A DNA stretch of 64,000 nt from the NCBI GenBank assembly GCA_963789635.1, contig CAWBLF010000003.1, positions 2,372 through 66,371 on the forward strand, in the 5' to 3' direction. The notes under the pieces are model-generated. The model saw nothing but the letters and a program-made list of their open reading frames with translations. It searched no databases and was not told where the DNA came from. Within the stretch, counting starts at the first letter, position 1. The number at the start of each line of letters is the position of its first letter. Source of the DNA: an uncultured bacterium (GTDB taxonomy: Bacteria; Patescibacteriota; Minisyncoccia; Phycocordibacterales; Zambryskibacteraceae). Position numbers and translations under genes: made by a program. Positions 38,336 to 46,679 of the stretch are shown here, in pieces.

Positions 38336-40033
38336 ATGATTACTTCTGAAGAAGTACAAAAACTTGCTGATTTATCAAGACTGGAGCTTTCTTCCGCGGA
38401 AAAAGCCACTTTTGCCAAAGAAATTGATTCTATCCTTGGTTATGTCAGTCAAATCTCAAATCTCAAATCTGAAATCTCAAGCCAGAAAATACCGGAGCGT
38501 AGAAATGTTTTTCGCACAGATGATAAACCACACGAGAGCGGTATTTATACTGAGGCCATTCTCTCGCAAGCGCCAAAGAGAGACGGTGATTACTTGAAAG
38601 TAAAGAAAATTTTCAAAATGATTGATCTTAATAATCTCACAATAAAAAAAGCCAACGAAGCTTTCAGGAAAAAAGAATTTTCTCCACGCGAGTTGGCAGA
38701 AGAATATTTGAAAGTCATAGACAAACGTGACAGAACCGTACATGCATTTAGAGAGGTTTTTCGCGCCGACGCGCTTGCTCGGGCAGATAAGGCGGGAGAT
38801 TTGTTTGCAAAAAATAAAGCCAATATTCTTACCGGTATCCCAATAGCTACCAAAGACAACATTTTGATTGAAGGTCATATTGCAGGAGCCTCATCAAAGA
38901 TTCTTGAAAATTTTGTGGCTCCATATGATGCCACGGCTATTGCCCGCTTGCGAGAGGCAGGGACAGTATTTATCGGCAGGACAAATATGGATGAATTTGC
39001 TATGGGTTCCTCAACCGAAAATTCTGCCTACGGTCCTACCCATAATCCGTTGGATGAAACCAGAGTCCCAGGGGGCTCCTCTGGAGGATCTGCGGCGGCT
39101 GTGGCTATGAATGGGGCTCTCGTGGGGCTAGGAACCGACACGGGGGGCTCGGTACGTCAGCCGGCTGCCCTTTGTGGCCTTGTGGGATTTAAACCTACCT
39201 ATGGGGCAATTTCACGTAATGGACTTATCGCTATGGGCAGTTCGCTTGATCAGCTTGGCACTTTGACTAAGAGCGTAGATGACGCGGAAATCATTTTCAA
39301 TGTGGTAAAGGGGACAGACAGTATGGACAGCACATCATTTTATCCAGACACGAAACACAAAGTCCCGGCAAAAATGACCATAGGCGTGCCAAGAAACTTA
39401 TTGGAAGGTTTGGATTCGAAAGTGACAGATAATTTTGAAGAAGCGATAGCAAAGTTCGAAGACAACGGTTTTGTAATTAAAGATATTTCACTTCCAAACT
39501 TGAAATACGCACTTGCTGTCTATTATGTCATTATGCCCGCCGAAGTTTCATCCAATTTGGCGCGCTTTGACGGTATGCGCTACGGTCTTCATGTAGATGG
39601 GGATGATTTGCTTCAAGATTATATAAAGAGTAAATCCGAAGGTTTTGGTCGCGAAGTAAGACGTCGTATTATGCTCGGTACTTATGTATTGTCTTCCGGA
39701 TACTACGACGCCTATTACAACAAAGCGACGGCGGTAAAGGACCTCATCCGAGCAGACTACGACAAAGCGTTTCAAGAGGTCGATTTGGTGCTTACTCCCA
39801 CCACACCATCGGTCGCATTTTTACTCGGAGAAAAAACAAACGACCCGCTACAGATGTATTTGGAAGATGTCTTCACCGTGCCGGCCAATATTTCAGGCAA
39901 TCCGGCCATTTCTCTCCCTTCGGGGACAGTCAAAACGGGAGAAGTAGAATTACCACTTGGTGTACAATTGGTAGCACCACATTACAGAGAAGATCTTTTG
40001 TTTAAGGCTTCTAAGAACTTTTTTGGAGAATAA
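38336..40033 (+). CDS. gatA: Asp/Glu-tRNA(Asn/Gln) amidotransferase, GatC fused in-frame to GatA
   Basis: Residues 1-94 look like GatC (EEVQKLADLSRLELS..). From M95 (ATG 38618) it is GatA with the amidase signature GGSSGGSAAAVA. No stop codon lies between them. Confidence 0.85.
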   Translation: MITSEEVQKLADLSRLELSSAEKATFAKEIDSILGYVSQISNLKSEISSQKIPERRNVFRTDDKPHESGIYTEAILSQAPKRDGDYLKVKKIFKMIDLNNLTIKKANEAFRKKEFSPRELAEEYLKVIDKRDRTVHAFREVFRADALARADKAGDLFAKNKANILTGIPIATKDNILIEGHIAGASSKILENFVAPYDATAIARLREAGTVFIGRTNMDEFAMGSSTENSAYGPTHNPLDETRVPGGSSGGSAAAVAMNGALVGLGTDTGGSVRQPAALCGLVGFKPTYGAISRNGLIAMGSSLDQLGTLTKSVDDAEIIFNVVKGTDSMDSTSFYPDTKHKVPAKMTIGVPRNLLEGLDSKVTDNFEEAIAKFEDNGFVIKDISLPNLKYALAVYYVIMPAEVSSNLARFDGMRYGLHVDGDDLLQDYIKSKSEGFGREVRRRIMLGTYVLSSGYYDAYYNKATAVKDLIRADYDKAFQEVDLVLTPTTPSVAFLLGEKTNDPLQMYLEDVFTVPANISGNPAISLPSGTVKTGEVELPLGVQLVAPHYREDLLFKASKNFFGE

Positions 40034-40072
40034 CTTATTCACTTCCAAACTTATTAAACTTATTAACTTCGT

Positions 40073-40771
40073 ATGGCTGACGACAAAAAAGGACCACCAA
40101 AAGGAGGGGCAAAGGGAGGAGGGAAAAAAGAGTCAAAACCGGCTACTGGTTGGTTTACGGACCCATTCGAAGTTTTTATTGTTGTAATTATCATCGCTGC
40201 GATAGTCGGCAAGATTTCGGCTGTATTGGAGTCCTCCGGACCAAGCGGTATTTCTTTGCTTTTTTCAGGTCCATCGGATTATTTTTCAAATAATATTTTA
40301 CCCAAAGTTTCTTTTCTTTCTTTTACTCTTTCTGTCGTGTTTTTATTCGGCATAGTATGGAATGTCGTAAGACTGACTTCACTAAACAAAATCGTGTATA
40401 CCACTTTTCACCCGAGACAACCAAGCGGTGGTAATTCCCAAGTGGCAGGCGCAGATAAAAATCCGCGTTGGGAGAGGGTGCTTGAGCATCTAAATTCCGC
40501 CAATCCAAATGATTGGAAATTTTCTATTTTGGAAGCTGATATCATGCTTTCCGATCTTTTGGATACCATGCAATACAAAGGCGACACTATGGCCGACAAA
40601 TTGAAAGCGGTGGATAAAAGCGATTTTACAACCATTGAATCCGCTTGGGAGGCTCACAAAATTCGCAATATGGTGGCCCACACGGGCGGAGACTTTGTCC
40701 TTACAGAAAGAGAGGCTCGCCGTGTCATTGATCTGTATAAAGATGTTTTCAGTGAATTCAAAATTATTTAG
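40073..40771 (+). CDS. Hypothetical membrane protein with a C-terminal HEPN-like (Rx4H) region
   Basis: Lys/Gly-rich N-terminus and 2-3 TM helices. The C-terminus ..AWEAHKIRNMVAHTGGDF.. contains an R-x4-H motif. Confidence 0.4.
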   Translation: MADDKKGPPKGGAKGGGKKESKPATGWFTDPFEVFIVVIIIAAIVGKISAVLESSGPSGISLLFSGPSDYFSNNILPKVSFLSFTLSVVFLFGIVWNVVRLTSLNKIVYTTFHPRQPSGGNSQVAGADKNPRWERVLEHLNSANPNDWKFSILEADIMLSDLLDTMQYKGDTMADKLKAVDKSDFTTIESAWEAHKIRNMVAHTGGDFVLTEREARRVIDLYKDVFSEFKII

Positions 40772-40780
40772 TTACAAGAA

Positions 40781-40808
40781 AAAACCACCGAAAATCTAGT
40801 GGTTTTTT
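40781..40808 (+). terminator. Rho-independent terminator
   Basis: aaaaccac-cgaaaatcta-gtggtttttt. Confidence 0.6.
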
Positions 40809-40889
40809 CATGCACACGAATCGTACGCAGTGAGTCAAACGTGTTGCGTAAACGCATTTCTACTGTATAATATGTTTTTCTACACAGTT

Positions 40890-40983
40890 GGTTGCCGTCT
40901 ACGTACCTGATCATAATGAAGTGTAGTATATATAGCGGGTTGCCGTACGTACCTGATCATAATGAAGTGTAGTATATATAGCG
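40890..40983 (+). repeat. Tandem duplication (48 + 46 nt) abutting and overlapping the 5' end of the tRNA-like gene
   Basis: ggttgccgt(ct)acgtacctgatcataatgaagtgtagtatatatagcg occurs twice. Each unit junction recreates agcgggttg, the first 9 nt of the tRNA at 40980. Confidence 0.8.
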
Positions 40984-41050
40984 GGTTGGAGGAGTAGTAC
41001 CTCGACAGGCTCATAACCTGTAGGCATCAGTGCAATTCTGATACCCGCAA
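40980..41050 (+). tRNA. tRNA(CAU) with initiator-like marks but non-canonical D and T loops
   Basis: Acceptor AGCGGGT/ACCCGCA with an A1:A72 mismatch. D stem GAGG/CCTC (A11:T24). Anticodon arm ACAGG-CTCATAA-CCTGT. T arm ATCAG-TGCAATT-CTGAT lacks TTC, and the D loop AGTAGTA lacks GG. Confidence 0.45.
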
Positions 41051-41116
41051 CAAGCACTCGTGGGTGACAGACACGAAACGAAAAATATCTAGTCACCCAT
41101 GGGATGTGAGACAATT

Positions 41117-41293
41117 GTCGAGGTAGCTGTTTTGGTAGTTAAACTGTAACGTTTTGTTTTTGTAAGTTTTCGTATGTCGAGGTAGCTGTTTTGGTAGTTA
41201 AACTGTAACGTTTTGTTTTCGTTAGTTTTCGTATGTCGAGGTAGCTGTTTTGGTAGTTAAACTGTAACGTTTTGTTTTCGTAAGTTTTCGTAT
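41117..41293 (+). repeat. 3 x 59-nt tandem repeat immediately upstream of tRNA-Met, each unit starting with the tRNA 5' end
   Basis: Units at 41117-41175, 41176-41234 and 41235-41293 differ by 2-3 substitutions. Each begins gtcgaggtagct (the first 12 nt of the tRNA) and retains ggtag at the D-loop position. Confidence 0.9.
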
Positions 41294-41366
41294 GTCGAGG
41301 TAGCTCAGTCGGTAGAGCACAGCACTCATAAAGCTGCGGTCGTGAGTTCGATTCTCACCCTCGACA
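41294..41366 (+). tRNA. tRNA-Met(CAU), elongator-type (or Ile2 if lysidinylated)
   Basis: GTCGAGG/CCTCGAC acceptor, GCTC-AGTCGGTA-GAGC D arm, anticodon loop CTCATAA, T-arm GTGAG-TTCGATT-CTCAC, A73. No CCA encoded. Confidence 0.85.
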
Positions 41367-41536
41367 CAATATTAAAAAACTTAATCATTAAATTTTTTAA
41401 TATTGTGACGAGCAAAGAAGCGTAAGCTTCTGTGGGAGAATCGAAAGCCGGAGCATATCGCCTTGGCGATGCGAGGCGGGGTCGCGACCGAGCACAGCAG
41501 TGCGAGAGTTGTGACCGATTCTCACCCTCGACACCA
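41367..41536 (+). repeat. tRNA-end-associated element, copy B (after tRNA-Met)
   Basis: 17-nt direct repeat gattctcaccctcgaca at 41350-41366 and 41517-41533, with the second copy followed by cca. 13-bp hairpin 41367-41379/41393-41405. Inverted T-loop copy at 41436-41445. Core at 41446-41489. Confidence 0.55.
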
Positions 41537-41555
41537 GAATTAAAAATTCGAAATT

Positions 41556-41629
41556 GCGGTCGTAGCTCAACTGGTTAGAGCACTCGCCTGTCACGCGAGA
41601 GGTTGCCGGTTCAAGTCCGGTCGGCCGCG
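41556..41629 (+). tRNA. tRNA-Asp(GUC)
   Basis: GCGGTCG/CGGCCGC acceptor, anticodon loop CTGTCAC, T-arm GCCGG-TTCAAGT-CCGGT, G73. Confidence 0.9.
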
Positions 41630-41809
41630 CAAAAGAAAAGGTCACAGAAGTGGCTTTTTCTGCGGGTGCCGGACTTGAACCGGGGAAGGGGGTCGGGGAA
41701 AAGGGACTTTCCCCGTGGAGGAAAACAGCGAAGCGTTAGAAACCGCGGGTTTCTAAAACGCAGTCCTGAGTTTACGATGGCGAGTAGTGAAATTCCGGTC
41801 GGCCGCGCA
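41630..41809 (+). repeat. tRNA-end-associated element, copy C (after tRNA-Asp)
   Basis: 16-nt direct repeat tccggtcggccgcgca at 41616-41631 and 41794-41809. Perfect inverted T-arm copy ccggacttgaaccgg at 41669-41683. GGGGGTCGGGGAAAA core-like motif at 41688-41702. Confidence 0.45.
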
Positions 41810-41828
41810 ATATCCGGAATTATAAAAT

Positions 41829-41855
41829 AAAGACCGCTCCTCTGGGCGGTCTTTA
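41829..41855 (-). terminator. Intrinsic terminator of the minus-strand ORF 41884-42333
   Basis: agaccgc-tcctctgg-gcggtct, with a T-run on the minus strand (reverse complement ...gcggtctttatttta). Confidence 0.6.
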
Positions 41856-41883
41856 GGGGTAGTTTTGGTCGTACACATCACTT

Positions 41884-42333
41884 TCAAACTCCTGATTGCT
41901 TTAGACCCTCCTCAACCAAGACGTTGAGGAACGAACGGAGTTTTCTGATTCCTGGCAATTTGCCGCCGACCACGGTCTGACCAGCTCGCAGTTCCTTGAG
42001 CTTTGAAATCAGTTTAAGATTTCTTTCTGCCCAATGCTTCACTTGAGCTGTGTTCAGTGGCACTTTGCGGTTTTTGTTCAGCAAATTTGTGGCAACAGAG
42101 AGGGCGGATTTACCGGTCATTTCGGCCATCAAAGAATTTCTTTCTTGATGCTCATTAGCCGCAACTTCTTCAAGTATCATATTGAAGAAAAGTTCAATGT
42201 CGCAAAGTGCATCCTGGTTTGTAGTCACCAGTGGTTTGCCGAGACCCAATACGAGTAATTCCTCAGATACTGATGTTGCCGCCGTTATCCAATGCGGGGT
42301 GTATTGTCGCCCCAAAGGGACAGTGTGTGACAT
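41884..42333 (-). CDS. Hypothetical protein inside the tRNA island
   Basis: 149-aa ORF with its own terminator. No motif recognised. Confidence 0.45.
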   Translation of the reverse strand: MSHTVPLGRQYTPHWITAATSVSEELLVLGLGKPLVTTNQDALCDIELFFNMILEEVAANEHQERNSLMAEMTGKSALSVATNLLNKNRKVPLNTAQVKHWAERNLKLISKLKELRAGQTVVGGKLPGIRKLRSFLNVLVEEGLKQSGV

Positions 42334-42462
42334 ATTCTTCTCCTTCGGTCGCTAAGTGTGTACGAGGTTCTTGGCTTATCCTATACACCTCGGTTTACCA
42401 AGTCAATTTTGCAAAATAGGCTGAAATTATATAGGATAAACGGATATTCTTTTAGATTTTAA

Positions 42463-42535
42463 GCCGTTGTAGCTCAGTTGGTAGAGCACGTCATTGGTAA
42501 TGACGAGGTCAACAGTTCAATCCTGGTCAACGGCT
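42463..42535 (+). tRNA. tRNA-Thr(GGU)
   Basis: GCCGTTG/CAACGGC acceptor, anticodon loop TTGGTAA, T-loop TTCAATC. Confidence 0.85.
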
Positions 42536-42556
42536 CAAGTGTTGATATAGGCGCAC

Positions 42557-42629
42557 GCCACCTTAGCTCAGTTGGTAGAGCACCACTTTCGTAAAGTGGG
42601 GGTCCCCGGTCCGATTCCGGGAGGTGGCT
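42557..42629 (+). tRNA. tRNA-Thr(CGU)
   Basis: GCCACCT/AGGTGGC acceptor, anticodon loop TTCGTAA. The T-arm CCCGG-TCCGATT-CCGGG has C at position 55. Confidence 0.8.
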
Positions 42630-42690
42630 CACTGGCTTAAGTGAAAAAATATAGCAAGCGAAAACGCCGGGATGTTCTCCGGCGTTCGGG

Positions 42691-43512
42691 TTATTTGCTG
42701 AACCTTAGGATTCCACGCGCGATTATGTCCGCGTATCTTTGACGGTCAATCGGATTAAGCATCCAAGACCTGTCCAGACTGTTTGTGACATTACCGAGTT
42801 CCAATAGGACCATATTTTTGACCGGAGAATTTTTGAGTATCAGAATGTGCTTGATACCGCAGGTGCCGGTGGTGACAATGATGGTAGGTCTTTTGCAGAA
42901 ATTTTGCCCAAGACCTGCACTATTGAATTCCTCGGCCAGACTTGTGGCCAAAGGGTCCTTTGTTTTTCCGCGAGGAACGATGATGTATGCTCCATGCAAT
43001 TTCTTGGAAATAGCCGAATCGAAATGAATGGAAACATAGATTGTTTTTTCAGACGGATGCAATATTACTGCCTGCTCGGCAAGATGGATTCTTTCCATCA
43101 GACCGGAACTGTCGCCACGGACTTCCTTTCCCGTGGTGGTAAAAAATTCATCCGGTTTTTGATTGCGAACGATTGATGACGGCAGATTCTTCTGCGGATG
43201 TTCCAAGCATGAACCTTGGATAGTGCTTACCACTTGAGCTCCAAGATTTTCCAAGAGCCTGATCAGTCTGGCCGACACATCACAGGTGTATACTTTTTCC
43301 ACGAAAACTTTCTTTTCTCTGCCAGAGACAAAATGGTATCGCACCCCTGGGTTTAGGCCACCGTGGCCTGGGTCCACTACCACCTGAATATTGACCAAAG
43401 GCAAGTGCGCTTTTGGCGCTTTCTGAGATTGACCCACCAAGAGGGCCTGAATCAAGAGAAACATCCTCATTTGGACCTCGTGTGTAAAGGGGACAAAGAG
43501 CATTCTGTCCAT
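42691..43512 (-). CDS. N-acetylmuramoyl-L-alanine amidase (Amidase_3 family)
   Basis: VVVDPGHGG motif and a signal-like N-terminus. Start at ATG 43512 (or 43470) is preferred over the ORF-track 43605, which would overlap prfB. Confidence 0.75.
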   Translation of the reverse strand: MDRMLFVPFTHEVQMRMFLLIQALLVGQSQKAPKAHLPLVNIQVVVDPGHGGLNPGVRYHFVSGREKKVFVEKVYTCDVSARLIRLLENLGAQVVSTIQGSCLEHPQKNLPSSIVRNQKPDEFFTTTGKEVRGDSSGLMERIHLAEQAVILHPSEKTIYVSIHFDSAISKKLHGAYIIVPRGKTKDPLATSLAEEFNSAGLGQNFCKRPTIIVTTGTCGIKHILILKNSPVKNMVLLELGNVTNSLDRSWMLNPIDRQRYADIIARGILRFSK

Positions 43513-43569
43513 AGTATGGCACAATTTTATTAGTATGAAAGTGACCGAAGTTCCTGATATAATCGCTTG

Positions 43570-44475
43570 ATGGCAAGTTCGGAGGAAATAAACAAGAAAA
43601 TACAACTACTTGAAGAGGAGATGTCCCGACCTGATTTTTGGGTAGATAAGGATCGTGCCCAGATAACCATAAAGGAATTACAAAATTTGAAAGATTCAGC
43701 CGCCGGTGTGGGCAAATATGACAAAGGTGACGCGATAGTGACGATTTTCTCCGGGGCGGGAGGAGATGACGCTGAAGATTTTTCAGCCATACTTTTCAAT
43801 ATGTATCTCAAATACATTACGAAAAAAGGATGGGGTTTTACCTTACTTCACGAGAATCAAAACGACCACGGAGGATATCGCAATGTGACGTTTGAGATAA
43901 ATGGACCAACTAAAGCTAAAGCCGAAGGAGGCCAAGGCCCATACGGGACGTTGAAAAATGAATCAGGGGTACATCGCCTGGTGCGTATTTCGCCGTTCAA
44001 TGCAAAACAGCTTCGTCATACTTCATTTTCGCTTGTAGAAGTAATACCAAAATTTGAAAAGACAGGCGAGATAAACATTCCGGAAACAGATATACGAGTG
44101 GAACTTTCAAGATCGGGCGGACCCGGTGGCCAAAATGTCAACAAACGCGAGACAGCGGTCCGTGTCGTGCATATACCCTCAAACCTTTCTGCTCATGTCA
44201 CCAGTGAACGGAGTCAGGCGCAAAACAAAGAAAAAGCATTGGCCATACTTACCGGCAAACTATATAAAAAAATGGAAGAAGAACGTGTCGCCAAGGAAAA
44301 GGGTATGTATATTTCAAAAACCACCCAAATAGAGTGGGGGAATCAGATTCGTTCATACGTTATGCACCCGTATAAAATGGTTAAAGACCATCGCACTAAT
44401 ATTGAAACATCAAAGATTGACTCTGTTTTGAACGGCGAAATAGATGAATTCATTGAAGCGGAAAAGGGGCTATAA
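43570..44475 (+). CDS. prfB: Peptide chain release factor 2 (short N-terminal domain)
   Basis: SPF tripeptide (RISPFNA) and GGQ motif (SGGPGGQNVNK). Confidence 0.85.
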   Translation: MASSEEINKKIQLLEEEMSRPDFWVDKDRAQITIKELQNLKDSAAGVGKYDKGDAIVTIFSGAGGDDAEDFSAILFNMYLKYITKKGWGFTLLHENQNDHGGYRNVTFEINGPTKAKAEGGQGPYGTLKNESGVHRLVRISPFNAKQLRHTSFSLVEVIPKFEKTGEINIPETDIRVELSRSGGPGGQNVNKRETAVRVVHIPSNLSAHVTSERSQAQNKEKALAILTGKLYKKMEEERVAKEKGMYISKTTQIEWGNQIRSYVMHPYKMVKDHRTNIETSKIDSVLNGEIDEFIEAEKGL

Positions 44476-44614
44476 TACCCTGACTTAATTTCAAGCTGAA
44501 CACTATCCGATAAATTCAAATTAGGGCTTGGAAATCTTTTGTTTTCAAGCTAGCATAGGGTTTATGAAAATAATGCCGTTTTTATCTCAATTTTAAACCG
44601 TTTTTTCTGAATTT

Positions 44615-45631
44615 ATGAAGAAATACTTGATTCCAAATGCAGAAAACGACTACAAACCCCACCTTTTTCGCAAAGGGGGTATTGCTCTAGTTTTGGCCCT
44701 CACTGTAGCAGTTTTCGCAATCGGTATTTTTCAAAACGCAATTTTTTTTAATACAGATTTTTTGGGCGCAGTTTTACCTGGAGTGTTGGTTGATTTTGCC
44801 AACCAGGACAGGATGCAAAACCAGCTTTCATCTTTGACCGTTAATCCGACACTTCAGGAAATTGCTCAGAACAAAGCAAATGATATGGCGGCGAATGGCT
44901 ATTTTTCTCACGACAGTCCCAGTGGCAAAATATGGTGGAGTTGGTTTTCCGATGCCGGATATCAATATGCTTACGCCGGTGAGAACCTCGCGGTCAACTT
45001 TTCTGACTCGGATGCCGTAAATCAAGCTTGGATGAATTCTCCCGAGCATAGAGCAAATCTTTTGAATGGCAAATTTACAGAAATTGGTATCGCTACCGCA
45101 CAAGGCATATATCAAGGTCAGCAAACTATATTTGTGGTGGAAGAATTTGGCCGTCCACTTTCTCCCGCCGTTACCATTGCTAGATCGATAAACAACTTTA
45201 TATCTACACCAACTGCAAAGGCATCGACCAATCAATCTGCGACGAAGGAACCATCGGTCAATACAACCAAAGTTTTGGGCGAATCCACCGTTCCACCTTC
45301 AAAACAAACTATTTTAGTGGACACTCCCACTTTTGTAGCAATACAAAATAACGACGCTTCTACCACCGATCATCTTGGTACGCAAAACGCCTTCTCCATG
45401 CCAGTGTCATCATCACTGGCGAAACTATTAACAGAACCTCAAAAAATTTATTCCGTCTTTTATATTAGTTTGGCCGTTTTTATTCTCATCGCTATTTTGC
45501 TCATGATTTTCATAGAGATACGTCATCAGCATCCAAGAAACGTCATTGCTGGATTCTTTCTTATATTTTTTATCCTTCTCCTTCTTTATATTTTTAGAAC
45601 GATTGTGTTTGGGCCAGTGATTGTCGCGTAA
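44615..45631 (+). CDS. CAP/SCP (YkwD-like) domain protein with N- and C-terminal TM segments
   Basis: NGYFSHDSP...GENLA...WMNSPEHRANLL is typical of the CAP domain. Confidence 0.75.
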   Translation: MKKYLIPNAENDYKPHLFRKGGIALVLALTVAVFAIGIFQNAIFFNTDFLGAVLPGVLVDFANQDRMQNQLSSLTVNPTLQEIAQNKANDMAANGYFSHDSPSGKIWWSWFSDAGYQYAYAGENLAVNFSDSDAVNQAWMNSPEHRANLLNGKFTEIGIATAQGIYQGQQTIFVVEEFGRPLSPAVTIARSINNFISTPTAKASTNQSATKEPSVNTTKVLGESTVPPSKQTILVDTPTFVAIQNNDASTTDHLGTQNAFSMPVSSSLAKLLTEPQKIYSVFYISLAVFILIAILLMIFIEIRHQHPRNVIAGFFLIFFILLLLYIFRTIVFGPVIVA

Positions 45632-45687
45632 CAACCAAAAGGAAAAGCCGAAACATATAGCTTTGATTATTAGATTTTTGTTTCTGG

Positions 45688-46617
45688 TTACTTTGTGTGT
45701 AGATGCAAATAGATATCTTCCAAAGCTCTGACCCCGTCGCCTGCAGCTATGTTGTTTTGGTGATAGAGAGTGTCGGTGCAGTCACCGGCAGCCCAAATAC
45801 CCGGGGTTTCGGTGGTGCCGGTACGCGGGTCGGTGATTATTTGCCCATATTTGTTTAGGTGCACAAGATTTTTAATATAATCGGTTGAAGGGACGAGCCC
45901 AATTTCCACGAAAATACCGCCAACTTTGAGCTCGGTAACCGCTTTGGTAACAACGTCTTCGTATTTAATTTTCGTGACAAATTTATCCCCGCTAATTTCA
46001 ATGGGGTAAGCGTTCATTACCAACTTCATATTTGGGTTTGATAGAACTTTTTTTACCGTAATGGGGTCCGCTTTTAATTCATTACTTCTGTTGAGTAATG
46101 TGACAGTAGGGCAGTATGCAAGAAGCTGTGCCGCAGTTTCAAATCCGGCATTGCCTCCTCCCACAACCACCGCATCTTTGCCGGCAAAAAGAGGCCCGTC
46201 ACAAGAAGCGCAATATGAAATCCCTTTATTTTCGTATTCGTCAGCGCCCTTAATTGTGAGTTTTCGACGAGAACTACCGGTTGTCACCAAAACGGTTCTT
46301 GCGCTATATTCACCAAGGTTTGTTTTTATTATGAACGCTCCGGTATTGTCTCTGTCCACGGACGTGACCCTTTCGCCTTCGCGAATATTTACAATGGTAT
46401 CGGCATATTCTTTCAAGTGCCTTTTTAGCTCATCAGCCAGTTTTGGACCAGGAATGGAAACTGTACCAATCCAGTTTTGAATGTTATCTGAGACAACACT
46501 TTGTCCCCCCCAAACATCGGTGATAAAGACCGTTTGAAGCTGTTTGCGCGCCGCATATATTCCAGCAGCTACTCCGGCTGGTCCTCCTCCAATTATTGCC
46601 AAATCGTATAAATTCAT
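45688..46617 (-). CDS. trxB: Thioredoxin-disulfide reductase-like flavoprotein
   Basis: GGGPAG FAD motif, redox centre CASCDG, GGGNAG NADPH motif. 309 aa. Confidence 0.85.
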   Translation of the reverse strand: MNLYDLAIIGGGPAGVAAGIYAARKQLQTVFITDVWGGQSVVSDNIQNWIGTVSIPGPKLADELKRHLKEYADTIVNIREGERVTSVDRDNTGAFIIKTNLGEYSARTVLVTTGSSRRKLTIKGADEYENKGISYCASCDGPLFAGKDAVVVGGGNAGFETAAQLLAYCPTVTLLNRSNELKADPITVKKVLSNPNMKLVMNAYPIEISGDKFVTKIKYEDVVTKAVTELKVGGIFVEIGLVPSTDYIKNLVHLNKYGQIITDPRTGTTETPGIWAAGDCTDTLYHQNNIAAGDGVRALEDIYLHLHTK

Positions 46618-46679
46618 AAAATAGAAGTAAGTAGTTAGTAATAAGTAGTCAGTATACTAACACATAAAATTTATTCATC

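Noticed and set aside
41117-41293. The 59-nt tandem repeats as a possible CRISPR array
   Set aside because: The units are contiguous with no unique spacers. The period is 59 nt of near-identical sequence, each unit copies a tRNA 5' end, and no cas genes are in the window.
41397-41645. 82-aa minus-strand ORF containing RPTGLEPATSRVTGECSNQLSYD
   Set aside because: This peptide string is the familiar antisense read-through of a tRNA gene (here tRNA-Asp and the element after tRNA-Met). It is not a credible CDS.
42605-42621. tRNA-Thr(CGU) T-loop TCCGATT (C at the normally invariant U55) as a sign of a pseudo-tRNA
   Set aside because: The rest of the cloverleaf is canonical, and a single deviation cannot be judged without a covariance score or read check. 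It is noted in the feature evidence only.
43528-43575. Programmed +1 frameshift site upstream of prfB
   Set aside because: There is no CUU UGA C-type shifty stop. The short upstream ORF (MKVTEVPDIIA, stop tga at 43568-43570) is offset by -1, not +1, relative to the RF2 frame, and RF2 has its own ATG at 43570.
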